A stretch of DNA of 64,000 nucleotides, from positions 7,155-71,154 of the forward strand of contig JAJYOP010000003.1 of NCBI GenBank assembly GCA_021796115.1. Reading direction: 5' to 3'. The notes under the pieces were generated by a model that was not told the DNA's origin, ran no database searches, and was given only the letters and a program-made list of their open reading frames with translations. Below, one piece after another: positions 7,689 to 17,150 of the stretch (its first letter is position 1; each line of letters starts with the position of its first letter). This DNA is from a bacterium. GTDB lineage: Bacteria; Omnitrophota; Gorgyraeia; Duberdicusellales; 4484-171. Both the position numbers and the translations under genes were made by a program.

Positions 7689-9841
7689 TAAAAAGCAGCG
7701 ATTTAAAACTACGCATAGGTATAATCCTTGGACTTGTTGTCATGAGCGCTTTCCTAATTTATCCGTTGGACAAAAAAATAAACTTAGGGTTGGATTTAAA
7801 GGGCGGAATGTATGTCTTGCTTAGCGCCGACACACGATCTGTGCCTCCTTCGAAAGTTTCAGATGCGATGGCTGGAGCTATTGAAAAAATCAGAGGTAGA
7901 ATCGATTCTTTTGGAGTAAAGGAAACTACTATACAACCCCAGGGCGAGAGCAATATACTTGTTGAATTACCAGGCGTTGTTGACCGTGAAATAGTAGATA
8001 AACTTCGTGAAGTTGGGAAGCTTGAGTTCAAGTTGGTAGAGGACAATAAAGAAAAATTGGACGCTGCGATAAAAGGAAATGTCCCGGAAGGCTATGAATT
8101 GAAAGAATACAAGGGCCCAATACTTATTCATAAGGATGCGGTTTTGACCGGTTCAGATTTAGCTCAAAGCACGGTAGGGTTTGATTCTTATGGCATGCCC
8201 AACGTAAGATTGCAATTTACTTCCGAGGGTGCTCAGAAATTTGCAAAAGTTACCGAAGAAAATGTGGGGAAACAATTAGCAATTATTCTTGACGGAAATG
8301 TAAAGAGTGCGCCTTCGATTAGGGAACCGATATTAAGCGGCCAGGCAGAAATCAGCGGAGATTTTTCTTTGGATGAAGCAAGAGCCATGGTATCAGTGTT
8401 AAATTCAGGCGCTCTCCCTATACCTCTTACAGTCGGAGAAGAGAGAAGCGTTGGTCCGCTCCTTGGTTCGGATTCTATAAATAAAGGCGTTAACGCCTCT
8501 ATCATAGGCGCAGCGCTGGTATTTATTTTTATGCTTCTTTATTATAGATTGGCGGGAATCGTCGCAGATTTTTGTCTTATTCTTAATTTGCTATTTACTC
8601 TCGCGGGTTTAAGCATACTGAAAGCAACTTTAACCTTGCCTGGCATCGCGGGTTTGATTTTAACTTTAGGCATGGCTGTGGATTCCAATGTTTTAATCTA
8701 TGAAAGGATAAGGGAAGAGTTAGCGCTGAAAAAACCGTTAGCTACAGCTATAAAAAATAGTTTTGACCGCACCTTCTGGACGATTCTCGATACGCATTGC
8801 ACTACTGTAATTGCTGCCATATGTTTGTTTATATTCGGTACAGGCCCGATAAGGGGGTTTGCCACGACTTTTATTCTTGGTATCGCCATAAGTATGTTTT
8901 CTACGCTTTTTATAGGCAAGACAATTTTCAGCTTATTCCTTAACTGGAAATTGCAAAGCCTTGGCATGATGCAATTATTTCCGGTCACTAAGATAAATTT
9001 CTTAAAACCACGTTACATTTGCCTTGCCATTTCAGCGAGTATTATTTTTATAGGTCTGCATAGCTTTTTCTCACGTGGGGAGGGTGTTTACAGCATAGAT
9101 TTTAAAGGCGGGCAGGCTTTGGAATATAAATTAACCCCCGTGCCGAATATAGAAAATATAAGAAATATTTTAAAAGATGCAGGCTTGACCAATTTAAGCA
9201 TTCAGGATTTTAAAGATATAAAAGGCGGAATAAGTATAAAAAGTAAAGAGGAAGTTGCCGATAAAGTAGAAACAGCTTTAAAGAAAAACTTTACCCAGGT
9301 AGAAAGGCTTAAGTTAACTAAAGTCGGGCCTACCGTAGGCGCGGTATTAAAGAAAAAAGCGTTTTTAGCGGTAATATTTTCTTTACTGGGGATTCTCGGC
9401 TATATTTTCATCAGGTTTAAACACTTTGATTTTGCTTTGGCAGCGGTCATAGGCCTGCTTTATGATGTGTTGGTGGCATTGGGTGCTATTTCGTTTTTCG
9501 GTTATGAGGTTGATCTTTTAATTATAACCGCGCTTCTTACCATTGCAGGCTATTCCGTTAGCGACACAATAGTTACTTACGACAGGATACGGGAAATTTC
9601 ACCCCGTTTATCCAGGTCTTCACTGGCAGAGATATTAAATGCCGCAGTGAACCAAACTTTCAGCCGGACGATAATTACGACTTTTACCGTATTTCTTGTA
9701 ACGCTTTCCTTGTATCTATGGGCAGGAATGGCCCTTAAGGCTTTTTCGTTTGCGCTTTTATTGGGCTTTCTTTCGGGGGTCTATTCTACAGTTTATATTT
9801 CTTCCGCACTTATTGTTATTTTCAGGAAAGTGCGCGTTTAG
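7685..9841 (+). CDS. secDF: protein translocase subunit SecDF (fused)
   Basis: 718 aa. SecD periplasmic domain and TM block (GMAVDSNVLIYERIREE) followed by the SecF block (SDTIVTYDRIRE). Confidence 0.95.
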   Translation: MIKSSDLKLRIGIILGLVVMSAFLIYPLDKKINLGLDLKGGMYVLLSADTRSVPPSKVSDAMAGAIEKIRGRIDSFGVKETTIQPQGESNILVELPGVVDREIVDKLREVGKLEFKLVEDNKEKLDAAIKGNVPEGYELKEYKGPILIHKDAVLTGSDLAQSTVGFDSYGMPNVRLQFTSEGAQKFAKVTEENVGKQLAIILDGNVKSAPSIREPILSGQAEISGDFSLDEARAMVSVLNSGALPIPLTVGEERSVGPLLGSDSINKGVNASIIGAALVFIFMLLYYRLAGIVADFCLILNLLFTLAGLSILKATLTLPGIAGLILTLGMAVDSNVLIYERIREELALKKPLATAIKNSFDRTFWTILDTHCTTVIAAICLFIFGTGPIRGFATTFILGIAISMFSTLFIGKTIFSLFLNWKLQSLGMMQLFPVTKINFLKPRYICLAISASIIFIGLHSFFSRGEGVYSIDFKGGQALEYKLTPVPNIENIRNILKDAGLTNLSIQDFKDIKGGISIKSKEEVADKVETALKKNFTQVERLKLTKVGPTVGAVLKKKAFLAVIFSLLGILGYIFIRFKHFDFALAAVIGLLYDVLVALGAISFFGYEVDLLIITALLTIAGYSVSDTIVTYDRIREISPRLSRSSLAEILNAAVNQTFSRTIITTFTVFLVTLSLYLWAGMALKAFSFALLLGFLSGVYSTVYISSALIVIFRKVRV

Positions 9842-9958
9842 TCAAATTCAGGATTCCCCCTTCTCGTCATCTTCAAGTATTTATGTTTAGGCGCGAATTT
9901 TACCTAAACCAGAATACCCCACTTTGCTTTTCTCGCATTATCTTAGTTTAATAATCTT

Positions 9959-11851
9959 ATGTTTGAAACTTTTAAGATTTATACGAACAAAGAACTTTCT
10001 TTTGATATTACCCAGAAAAAATTAATTGAGCTGGGTTACCGACGGGTTGATGAAACCATCGAAGAAGGAGATTTCTCTTTACGCGGCGATACCCTCGAAG
10101 TTTTCCCGGTTAATTTCAATTTTCCACTGCGTCTCGAATGGGAATTCGATATTGTCAGAAAAATTTATAGTTTCGATAAAACCCTTAATAAAAAAATAAT
10201 TGATTATGATTTCCTGATAATCATCCCTCATTTTAAGAAGGCCAAAAAATATTTAAGCGAAGATCTTCCTATTGAAGCAATCCTTCGCATAAAAAAAGGC
10301 GACTATGTTGTGCACACAAAATACGGTATCGGCAGGTTTCTGGGCATAAAGAAGCTGGACGTAAAAGGCAGGGAAGGCTATTATTTCGAAATCGAATACG
10401 CAAATAGCGATAAACTTTATGTTTCAAAGGAAGAGGCGCATTTTATACAAAAATACACGAGTTTTTCTTCGAGAAATCCAAAATTATCGCGTCTTGGAGG
10501 AAAAGAGTGGCTTCGCATAAAAGAACGCGTTGAACACGGAATAAAACAATTTGCGCTTTCGCTCATGCGCATGGAAGCCCAGAGGAAGTTGATGGGCGGT
10601 TTCAAATTCTCCAGAGATACCGAGTGGCAGAAGCAATTTGAAGATTCATTCCCTTTCGAAGTAACCGCGGACCAGGAAAAAGCGACTAATGAGGTAAAGG
10701 CCGACATGGAATCGCCTCGCTGCATGGATCGGCTTATTTGCGGAGACGTCGGCTACGGCAAAACCGAAGTTGCCATGCGCGCAGTATTTAAAGCGGTTAT
10801 GGATGGCAAGCAAGTTGCCTTCCTTGTTCCGACAACGATTCTTGCCTACCAGCATTATACCAATCTTTGCCTTCGGGCGAAACAGTTTCCCATAAGAGTT
10901 GAAATGCTCAGCCGTTTCCGCACAAAAGCGGCGCAGGAAAAAATTGTCACGGATTTACATACCGGAAAAATCGACATTGTAGTCGGCACACACAGACTTA
11001 CTTCCGATGACGTGGGTTTTAAGGATTTGGGATTGCTTGTTATAGATGAAGAACATAGATTTGGGGTTGAGCATAAAGAAAAAATAAAAAAATTAAAAAT
11101 AGGAGTAGATGTTCTTACGCTTACAGCAACTCCTATTCCGCGGACTTTATACATGAGCCTTATCGGAATTAAGGGTATTTCTGTTATAAAAACACCGCCT
11201 AAGGAGAGACTTGCCGTAAAAACCAAAGTTATCCAGCCAAATCCGCAAGTTTTAAGAGATGCGGTTTTACACGAAATAAACCGCGGCGGACAGGTTTTTT
11301 TTATTCATAATCGTATTGAAACAATATCGAAATGGGAAAAAACGTTGCACGCGAATTTACCGCAAAATGTCAAGCTTGCAGTTATCCACGGCCGGCTTTC
11401 TGCTTCAGAAATAGAGAGCATAATGTTTGATTTTATCGCTAAAAAAATAGATTGCCTTATTTCAACCGCGATAGTAGAATCCGGAATTGATATACCATCG
11501 GCAAATACAATTATTATAAGCGATGCGCATACTTTTGGCCTTGCGGATTTGCATCAATTGCGCGGCAGAGTCGGCAGATTCAACGTTCAGGCTTATGCCT
11601 ATCTGGTAGTTCCAAATTTGGCTTTGATTTCAACCGAGGCCGAGGAAAGGCTTAAGATGATTGAAGAATTTTCGCATCTTGGCGCAGGTTTTGAGCTTGC
11701 GATGAGCGATTTAGAATTACGCGGAGCAGGAAATATTCTCGGTAAAGAACAGCATGGCTTTGTCTGGATGATTGGTTTTGATTTATATTGCCGTATTTTA
11801 AAGAAAGAGATAGAATATCTCAAAGAAGCTTTTAAGATAGAGGCTGGTTGA
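9959..11851 (+). CDS. mfd: transcription-repair coupling factor, compact form
   Basis: 630 aa. UvrB-homology segment (RGDTLEVFP), CarD-like KKGDYVVHTKYGIGRF, helicase GDVGYGKTEVA / DEEHRFG / RGRVGR, and TRG LRGAGNILGKEQHG. Ends shortly after TRG. Confidence 0.85.
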   Translation: MFETFKIYTNKELSFDITQKKLIELGYRRVDETIEEGDFSLRGDTLEVFPVNFNFPLRLEWEFDIVRKIYSFDKTLNKKIIDYDFLIIIPHFKKAKKYLSEDLPIEAILRIKKGDYVVHTKYGIGRFLGIKKLDVKGREGYYFEIEYANSDKLYVSKEEAHFIQKYTSFSSRNPKLSRLGGKEWLRIKERVEHGIKQFALSLMRMEAQRKLMGGFKFSRDTEWQKQFEDSFPFEVTADQEKATNEVKADMESPRCMDRLICGDVGYGKTEVAMRAVFKAVMDGKQVAFLVPTTILAYQHYTNLCLRAKQFPIRVEMLSRFRTKAAQEKIVTDLHTGKIDIVVGTHRLTSDDVGFKDLGLLVIDEEHRFGVEHKEKIKKLKIGVDVLTLTATPIPRTLYMSLIGIKGISVIKTPPKERLAVKTKVIQPNPQVLRDAVLHEINRGGQVFFIHNRIETISKWEKTLHANLPQNVKLAVIHGRLSASEIESIMFDFIAKKIDCLISTAIVESGIDIPSANTIIISDAHTFGLADLHQLRGRVGRFNVQAYAYLVVPNLALISTEAEERLKMIEEFSHLGAGFELAMSDLELRGAGNILGKEQHGFVWMIGFDLYCRILKKEIEYLKEAFKIEAG

Positions 11852-11864
11852 CAAGAATGGTTGT

Positions 11865-11908
11865 GTTCCTGCCTGTTGGCAGGCAGGAACGGTTGCGCAC
11901 AGCGCAAC
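11865..11908 (+). terminator. two tandem hairpins after mfd
   Basis: gttcctgcctg-ttgg-caggcaggaac (11-bp perfect stem), then gttgcgc-aca-gcgcaac followed by ttatt. Confidence 0.5.
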
Positions 11909-11922
11909 TTATTATGTCTATT

Positions 11923-11964
11923 GTAACACGTATCATGTGCTACTTGTTACGTGCGGCGTGAACG
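11923..11964. repeat. GTNNNAC heptamer array, third locus
   Basis: gtaacac gtatcat gtgctac ttgttac gtgcggc gtgaacg in phase. Confidence 0.65.
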
Positions 11965-12048
11965 TAACCGATGCGAGGAACGAAGTCTTTCCTAAGGTGA
12001 CCGCGCTAAGCGCAACCGAAAGACAATGAATGTTGTTGGGGGTAATAA

Positions 12049-12933
12049 ATGAAAAGATTAATTTTAACGATAATATGTTTATTTTTTATTTCGACAGGAT
12101 ATTGCGAGGAAATTTTTAAAATCGTCGCAAAAGTTAACGACGAAGCGATTACCGCAAAAGATCTGGACGATTATTATAAAATTATCCGTTACCGCCAGCC
12201 GGAGCAATTCGCAAGTTTTGGCTCGGATGAAGCAGGAGCAAAGAAAGAAGCGCTTGGAAAATTAATCGAGGACAGGCTTATTCTTGAAGAAGCAAAGAAA
12301 CAAAACTTGAATATCCCTTCGACTATGATAGATGAGCAGTTTAATAAAGTCGTATCATCCTATCCTTCGCGGGAAGATTTTGAAAACTCCCTCATCGAAC
12401 GCGGCCTTAATGTTACACAGCTGAAAGAGCGAATAAGGGGACAATTCCTTATGCAGCAAGCTATAGGTTATTCTGTCGGTAGTTACATAAACGTAACTCC
12501 GCAGGAGATTTCCGATTATTATAAAGAACATAAAAAAGAAATTGTTGCAGGTTTAAAATATGTAATTTGGATAATACAAACAAAAGACAAGAATATTTTA
12601 AGTGCAACAGCCAAAACTTTAAAAGAAAAGGGAATTCAGGAAGCCAGCAAACATTCAATGCATCTTGTCAGGCTTGAGACAGAACTAAAGGATTTGAAAG
12701 AAGAAATTGCTGCTATGGTTAAAGAGTTAAAAGAAGGCGAGCATTCGGTGAAAAAAATAGGCGATGAATATTATTTTGTATATCTTGAAAAAACCTTGCC
12801 GCCTCGTGAACTTTCTCTCGAGGAAGCTCATGACAATATCTACAATATCATCTGGAATAAAAAATTTAGACTCCGGTTTGAAAATTGGGTAGCAAAACTG
12901 AAAGAGAATGCAGTAATAAAGATTTACCTCTAA
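12049..12933 (+). CDS. SurA-like periplasmic chaperone / parvulin-family protein
   Basis: 294 aa. Signal peptide and a SurA-N-like region (IVAKVNDEAITAKDLD). The surA-pdxA-rsmA order matches the classical E. coli arrangement. The rotamase domain looks degenerate. Confidence 0.6.
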   Translation: MKRLILTIICLFFISTGYCEEIFKIVAKVNDEAITAKDLDDYYKIIRYRQPEQFASFGSDEAGAKKEALGKLIEDRLILEEAKKQNLNIPSTMIDEQFNKVVSSYPSREDFENSLIERGLNVTQLKERIRGQFLMQQAIGYSVGSYINVTPQEISDYYKEHKKEIVAGLKYVIWIIQTKDKNILSATAKTLKEKGIQEASKHSMHLVRLETELKDLKEEIAAMVKELKEGEHSVKKIGDEYYFVYLEKTLPPRELSLEEAHDNIYNIIWNKKFRLRFENWVAKLKENAVIKIYL

Positions 12934-12949
12934 ACAATAATTGATGCCC

Positions 12950-13232
12950 AATAAATTCCGAATTCCAAGTACCAGCCCTTTGACTCGTTTTCATTCGCTC
13001 AGGGTTGTCATGAGTCTGTCGAAGGACAAATTCCAAATAAGTTCTCCGCCAGAGGCGGATCCGCCCACATATAAAAAATCATCAGTGGCGGACAATGACC
13101 AAAGTTTAATCCTTCGCAGCTCCATCAGCGGCGTCCTGCGGGACAGAAATCCCCGGGCTTTAGGCCGTGAAGCTTTACTCTTCTAAACAAAAAATGCTTT
13201 GATCATTGTAGCATTAGAATTTGGAATTTTTA
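12950..13232. repeat. mosaic repeat spacer (AATTCCA arms, FDRLR-type nested hairpin, CCGCC hairpins)
   Basis: 12953-13040 is the reverse complement of about 18322-18410. 13181-13232 is collinear with 18272-18325. Confidence 0.7.
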
Positions 13233-13247
13233 TAGCCTACCTGATTT

Positions 13248-14174
13248 ATGAAAAAAAATATAATAATTACCATTGGCGATCCGGCCGGTTGCGGCCCTTT
13301 TATAACTCTTGAAGCAATCAAAAAATTAGGCGCGGACTTTGCCTTTTTTTTAATTGTCGGCGATAGCTATATACTTGAGAGAATACCGCTATATCAAAAC
13401 CTGAAAAATAAAATTACCGTCATCGACCCCAAAACACAAGGCATTGAAAAAATTAGAAAAGGCCGGGCTTCGGTTTTGTCCGGAAAGGCCTCTTTAAGCT
13501 ACTTAAAAATTGCCCTTGATTTTATTAAGAAAAATTCGATTAAGCGCCTTGTTACCGCGCCTTTATCAAAAGAGGCAGTCGAGCTTAATGTGCCGGGTTT
13601 TTCCGGCCACACCGAATATTTAGCGAAGTATTTTAAACAAAAAAAGATAGAAATGATGATGGTTTCCGATAAGCTTAAAGCGGTTTTGTTTACGAGGCAC
13701 ATTCCCTTGAGGGGTGTTTCTTCTTGTATAAGAAAGGATAAACTAACCGATACTTTTTGTCTTGTGCGGCATGGGCTCAGCAAAATGTTTAAAATAAAAA
13801 ATCCAAGGGTAGTTGTTTCTTCGCTAAATCCTCATGCCGGAGTGAATACTTTTTTGGAAAAAGAGGAAAAGATAGTTTGCGCAGCGATTAAAGCATCCGG
13901 CGCAAAAATTTTTGGCCCGTATCCATCAGACACCATTTTTACCAGCGATAATTTAAAAAAATATGATTGCGTTATCTGTCTTTATCATGACCAGGCAATG
14001 ATACCATTTAAGCTGCTTTCTATGAAAGAAGGAGTAAACCTTACATTGGGGCTGCCGATTATAAGAACATCTCCGGCCCACGGAACCGCATTTGACATAA
14101 TCAGAGAAGGGAAACTTCCGTTTTCGTCTTCGATGGTTAGCGCCATAAAACTTGCCGCTAGATTGGAGATTTAA
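13248..14174 (+). CDS. pdxA: 4-hydroxythreonine-4-phosphate dehydrogenase
   Basis: 308 aa. ITIGDPAGCGP, GHTEYLA, NPHAGV and TSPAHGTAFDI. Confidence 0.9.
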   Translation: MKKNIIITIGDPAGCGPFITLEAIKKLGADFAFFLIVGDSYILERIPLYQNLKNKITVIDPKTQGIEKIRKGRASVLSGKASLSYLKIALDFIKKNSIKRLVTAPLSKEAVELNVPGFSGHTEYLAKYFKQKKIEMMMVSDKLKAVLFTRHIPLRGVSSCIRKDKLTDTFCLVRHGLSKMFKIKNPRVVVSSLNPHAGVNTFLEKEEKIVCAAIKASGAKIFGPYPSDTIFTSDNLKKYDCVICLYHDQAMIPFKLLSMKEGVNLTLGLPIIRTSPAHGTAFDIIREGKLPFSSSMVSAIKLAARLEI

Positions 14175-14180
14175 CGTATT

Positions 14181-14260
14181 GAAGATCGAAGATGGAGAAT
14201 GGAAGATAGAAAATAAAAAAACAAAAAGAATTCATCTTCTATCTTCCCCCTTCCATCTTA
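14181..14260. repeat. GAAGATN heptamer array with TTCNATC inverted array
   Basis: gaagatc gaagatg gagaatg gaagata gaaaata. 11-bp stem ggaagatagaa / ttctatcttcc with an A-rich loop. Confidence 0.75.
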
Positions 14261-14287
14261 CTATTTAAGGATTTTTGTCTATAAACC

Positions 14288-15058
14288 ATGAAACAATCCA
14301 AATCGCTAGGTCAGATATTTTTAAAAGATAAAAATTATATCCAAAAGATTTTAGATTCACTGAATGTAAGCGGAGAAACCGTTCTTGAGATTGGGCCGGG
14401 GCCGGGAGAGATAAGCGGGCAAATCGCAAATAAATGCAAATTTTTATACGGCGTAGAATTTGACCCGCGTTTTGCAGAAGCGCTTACAGAAAAATTTCAT
14501 AGCCGTAATAATATTAAAATAATCCATTCGGATATTCTTAAGTTTTCCCTCGAAGATATTGGCGAAAAAATGGTTGTTTTTGGAAATGTTCCCTATCAAA
14601 TAAGTAACGCCATTATTGCCTATCTCATAGAGAATAGGGCACTTATAAAAAATGCTTATCTTACCTTCCAGAGAGAGGTTGTTGACAAGTTAATCGCCAA
14701 AGTTTCCACAAAAGATTATTCTTTCTTAACCTGTTACGCACAATATTATGCAAAGGTCAATAAGTTGTTTGATATCCCCCGAGGCGCATTTGTGCCTATC
14801 CCTAAAGTTATTTCGAGTTTTATTGAAGTAAGATTCGATGATCCATCGCTGCCCAAAGTAAAAGATGAAAAGCTTTTGTTTGAAATTATCCGCCAGGCTT
14901 TTAGCCAGCGCCGGAAGAAAATTGCCAATTCGCTCTCACGCTTTTGTTCTGATATTGATTTTTTGTCTACTTTGAAAATTGACAAAAACATGCGCGCGGA
15001 AAACATTCCGCTTGCGCAATATATTTTGATTGCTGATGCGCTCTCTAACATGCTATAA
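14288..15058 (+). CDS. rsmA: 16S rRNA (adenine1518/1519-N6)-dimethyltransferase
   Basis: 256 aa. GQIFLKD, VLEIGPGPGEIS, FGNVPYQIS and FVPIPKV. Confidence 0.92.
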   Translation: MKQSKSLGQIFLKDKNYIQKILDSLNVSGETVLEIGPGPGEISGQIANKCKFLYGVEFDPRFAEALTEKFHSRNNIKIIHSDILKFSLEDIGEKMVVFGNVPYQISNAIIAYLIENRALIKNAYLTFQREVVDKLIAKVSTKDYSFLTCYAQYYAKVNKLFDIPRGAFVPIPKVISSFIEVRFDDPSLPKVKDEKLLFEIIRQAFSQRRKKIANSLSRFCSDIDFLSTLKIDKNMRAENIPLAQYILIADALSNML

Positions 15059-15081
15059 TTTTAAAATAATCAGGAGGTAAA

Positions 15082-15459
15082 ATGCAAAAACGTATTTATT
15101 ATCATGATACAGATTGCGGAGGAGTTGTTTACTATGCCAATTACCTTAAATATCTGGAAGAAGCGCGTACGGAATATATGCGTGAACGAGACCTTGATTT
15201 AAAAACCCTGGCGGAAAATGGTTTGCTGTTTATAGTAAAAAAAGTTGAAATCGAATATAAGTCTCCGGCACGCTATGCGGATGTTCTAGATATAACTACC
15301 AAGTTAGGAAAAGTCCGCAATGTTTCTTTTGAGTTTTTTCAGGACATAAAACGGGATGATAAAATTTTAGTTAGTTCGGTAACCACGCTTGTCTGTATTG
15401 ATAAAGATTTTAAGCCTTGTGCCATGTGCGATGAATTATCCAAATCATTGTCTAAATGA
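15082..15459 (+). CDS. YbgC/FadM-type acyl-CoA thioesterase (hotdog fold)
   Basis: 125 aa. IYYHDTDCGGVVYYANYLKYLEEAR is typical of the 4HBT family. GGAGG SD. Confidence 0.8.
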   Translation: MQKRIYYHDTDCGGVVYYANYLKYLEEARTEYMRERDLDLKTLAENGLLFIVKKVEIEYKSPARYADVLDITTKLGKVRNVSFEFFQDIKRDDKILVSSVTTLVCIDKDFKPCAMCDELSKSLSK

Positions 15460-15803
15460 GCTGTAAAATTATAAACAAAACTAACGGACAGTGTATCTCA
15501 AGCGATGCCAAGGTGGCAAAAACCTTTATCGAACGGTTGGTCGGGCTTTTAAACCGGAAGTCTTTACCGCCGGAAGAGGCGCTTATTTTTTACAATGTTT
15601 CTTCTATCCATATGTTTTTTATGCGTTTTCCCATTGATGTCGTGTTTTTGGATAGCAATATGCAGGTCATACGGATATGCCAAAACCTAAAGCCCTGGAG
15701 ACTTGCTTCCTGCTTAAAGGCAGCTATAACCATAGAATTACCCAATGGCCGAGCTGAAAATACCCATTTAGCATTAGGGGATATCCTTGAGTTTGTTAGC
15801 TAA
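15456..15803 (+). CDS. DUF192 domain protein
   Basis: 115 aa. GLLNRKSLPPEEALIF...IHMFFMRFPIDVVFLD is the DUF192 pattern. Start overlaps the upstream stop. Confidence 0.7.
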   Translation: MSCKIINKTNGQCISSDAKVAKTFIERLVGLLNRKSLPPEEALIFYNVSSIHMFFMRFPIDVVFLDSNMQVIRICQNLKPWRLASCLKAAITIELPNGRAENTHLALGDILEFVS

Positions 15804-15884
15804 CTCACACGGTATCAAGGACTTAGTATCATATAATTACACATCGTTACGATAAAACAAGCCTTCCCCAACCTGATTAAATCG

Positions 15885-15913
15885 TTGACTTACAAGTATT
15901 TTTGATTTATTAT
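15885..15913 (+). promoter_or_regulatory. candidate sigma70-type promoter of the arg cluster
   Basis: TTGACT (15885-15890), a 17-nt spacer, TATTAT (15908-15913), about 100 nt upstream of argC. Confidence 0.5.
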
Positions 15914-15970
15914 ATTAGTCTATTTCTCTAGCCATAATAAGCCTGTAAAAATAGAAAGTCTGGCTAAAAG

Positions 15971-16003
15971 CCAGGCAGGCCTGTCTTTGCGGCAGGCAGG
16001 GGG
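15971..16003 (+). repeat. CCTGTC/GGCAGG mini-hairpin abutting the argC SD
   Basis: ccaggcaggCCTGTCtttgcGGCAGGcaggggg, then gagcgtttcATG. Confidence 0.65.
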
Positions 16004-16011
16004 AGCGTTTC

Positions 16012-17022
16012 ATGTCAACAAAGGTTGCGATATTTGGTGCGTCAGGATTTGCCGGAGAAGAACTTATAGAGATTCTGCTCAGGCATCCCAAGGTAGAAAT
16101 TACCTATATTTCCGCGATATTAGAAAAAGAGCTTAAAATCGGCGATTTATTCCCGAAATTCAGAAACCGACTGGATTTATTATGCGAAAGCCCGAACGAA
16201 GAAAAAGCCGCTTCTTTGGCCGATATTTTCTTTTTAGCGCTTCCGCACAGGGTTTCTCAAACGATCGCCCCATTCTTTCTTAAAAAGAAGAAAACCGTAA
16301 TTGACCTTTCTGCGGATTACCGCTTAAAAGATGTAAAGGTTTATGAGAAATTTTATAAGGGAAAACACGAGGACCCGGGCAATATAAAAGAGGCCGTATA
16401 CGGTCTTTGTGAGTTTTACCGGGATAAAATAAAAAAAGCAAGGTTAATCGCAAATCCGGGTTGTTACCCTACAGTATCTATATTAAGCTTAGCCCCTTTG
16501 TTAAAAGAGGATTTGATAAAGAATATAATTATTGATGCCAAGTCGGGGATAACCGGCGCCGGAAGAAAACCGACCCTGGAATATCATTTTGCACAGTTAA
16601 ACGGTAACCTGTTTGCCTATAAGCCGTTTGAGCACCAGCATTTACCGGAAATAATCCAGATACTTTCCGAATTCAGCCAGAAGAAGGTTGAGTTAAGGTT
16701 TACGCCTCATGTTATCCCGGTGGAAAGAGGCATCCTTGCGACTATTTATGCGGATTTAAAAACGAATATTGGCGTTGATAAAATTAATAATGTCTATAAA
16801 AAATATTATAAGGATGAGCGGTTTGTCCGGTTTTTCGAACAGAAATTACCGCAATTAAAAGACGTAGTTGGAACTAATTTTTGCGATATAGGTTTTCAGA
16901 TAGATGGCACGAGAATGGTTATTGTCGGCGCGATAGATAATTTACAGAAAGGCGCCGCCGGCCAGGCAGTGCAAAACATGAACATAATGCTTGGGTTTGA
17001 CGAAACAACTGCCCTTCTATAA
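16012..17022 (+). CDS. argC: N-acetyl-gamma-glutamyl-phosphate reductase
   Basis: 336 aa. IFGASGFAGEEL and ANPGCYPT (catalytic Cys). Confidence 0.95.
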   Translation: MSTKVAIFGASGFAGEELIEILLRHPKVEITYISAILEKELKIGDLFPKFRNRLDLLCESPNEEKAASLADIFFLALPHRVSQTIAPFFLKKKKTVIDLSADYRLKDVKVYEKFYKGKHEDPGNIKEAVYGLCEFYRDKIKKARLIANPGCYPTVSILSLAPLLKEDLIKNIIIDAKSGITGAGRKPTLEYHFAQLNGNLFAYKPFEHQHLPEIIQILSEFSQKKVELRFTPHVIPVERGILATIYADLKTNIGVDKINNVYKKYYKDERFVRFFEQKLPQLKDVVGTNFCDIGFQIDGTRMVIVGAIDNLQKGAAGQAVQNMNIMLGFDETTALL

Positions 17023-17034
17023 AAACATAGATTA

Positions 17035-17141
17035 ACACAGATTTGGAGACGCGAGTGGGCACAGATAAAGAAGGACGAAAGGCGATGGACGAAATAATCA
17101 TTTGTGATTATCGGCGATTTTTTATCTGTGGTCATCTGTAG
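17035..17141. repeat. CACAGAT-word hairpin spacer
   Basis: cacagata (17060-17067) pairs with tatctgtg (17123-17130). acagat pairs with atctgt. Inner hairpin ataatca / tgattat. ggacgaaa occurs twice. Confidence 0.65.
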
Positions 17142-17150
17142 AAAACTAAT

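Noticed and set aside
12941-13186. 81-aa ORF (MMPNKFRIPSTSPLTRFHSLRVVMSLSKDKF...) in the surA-pdxA spacer
   Set aside because: It is a read-through of repeat modules (AATTCCA arm, FDRLR/SLSKD nested hairpin, CCGCC hairpins). The same DNA occurs in the opposite orientation at 18322-18410. No SD, and low-complexity pseudo-peptide.
15885-15930. ArgR operator (ARG box) overlapping the arg promoter
   Set aside because: The AT-rich sequence around the -10 is suggestive, but I cannot identify a convincing pair of 18-bp ARG-box palindromes by eye.
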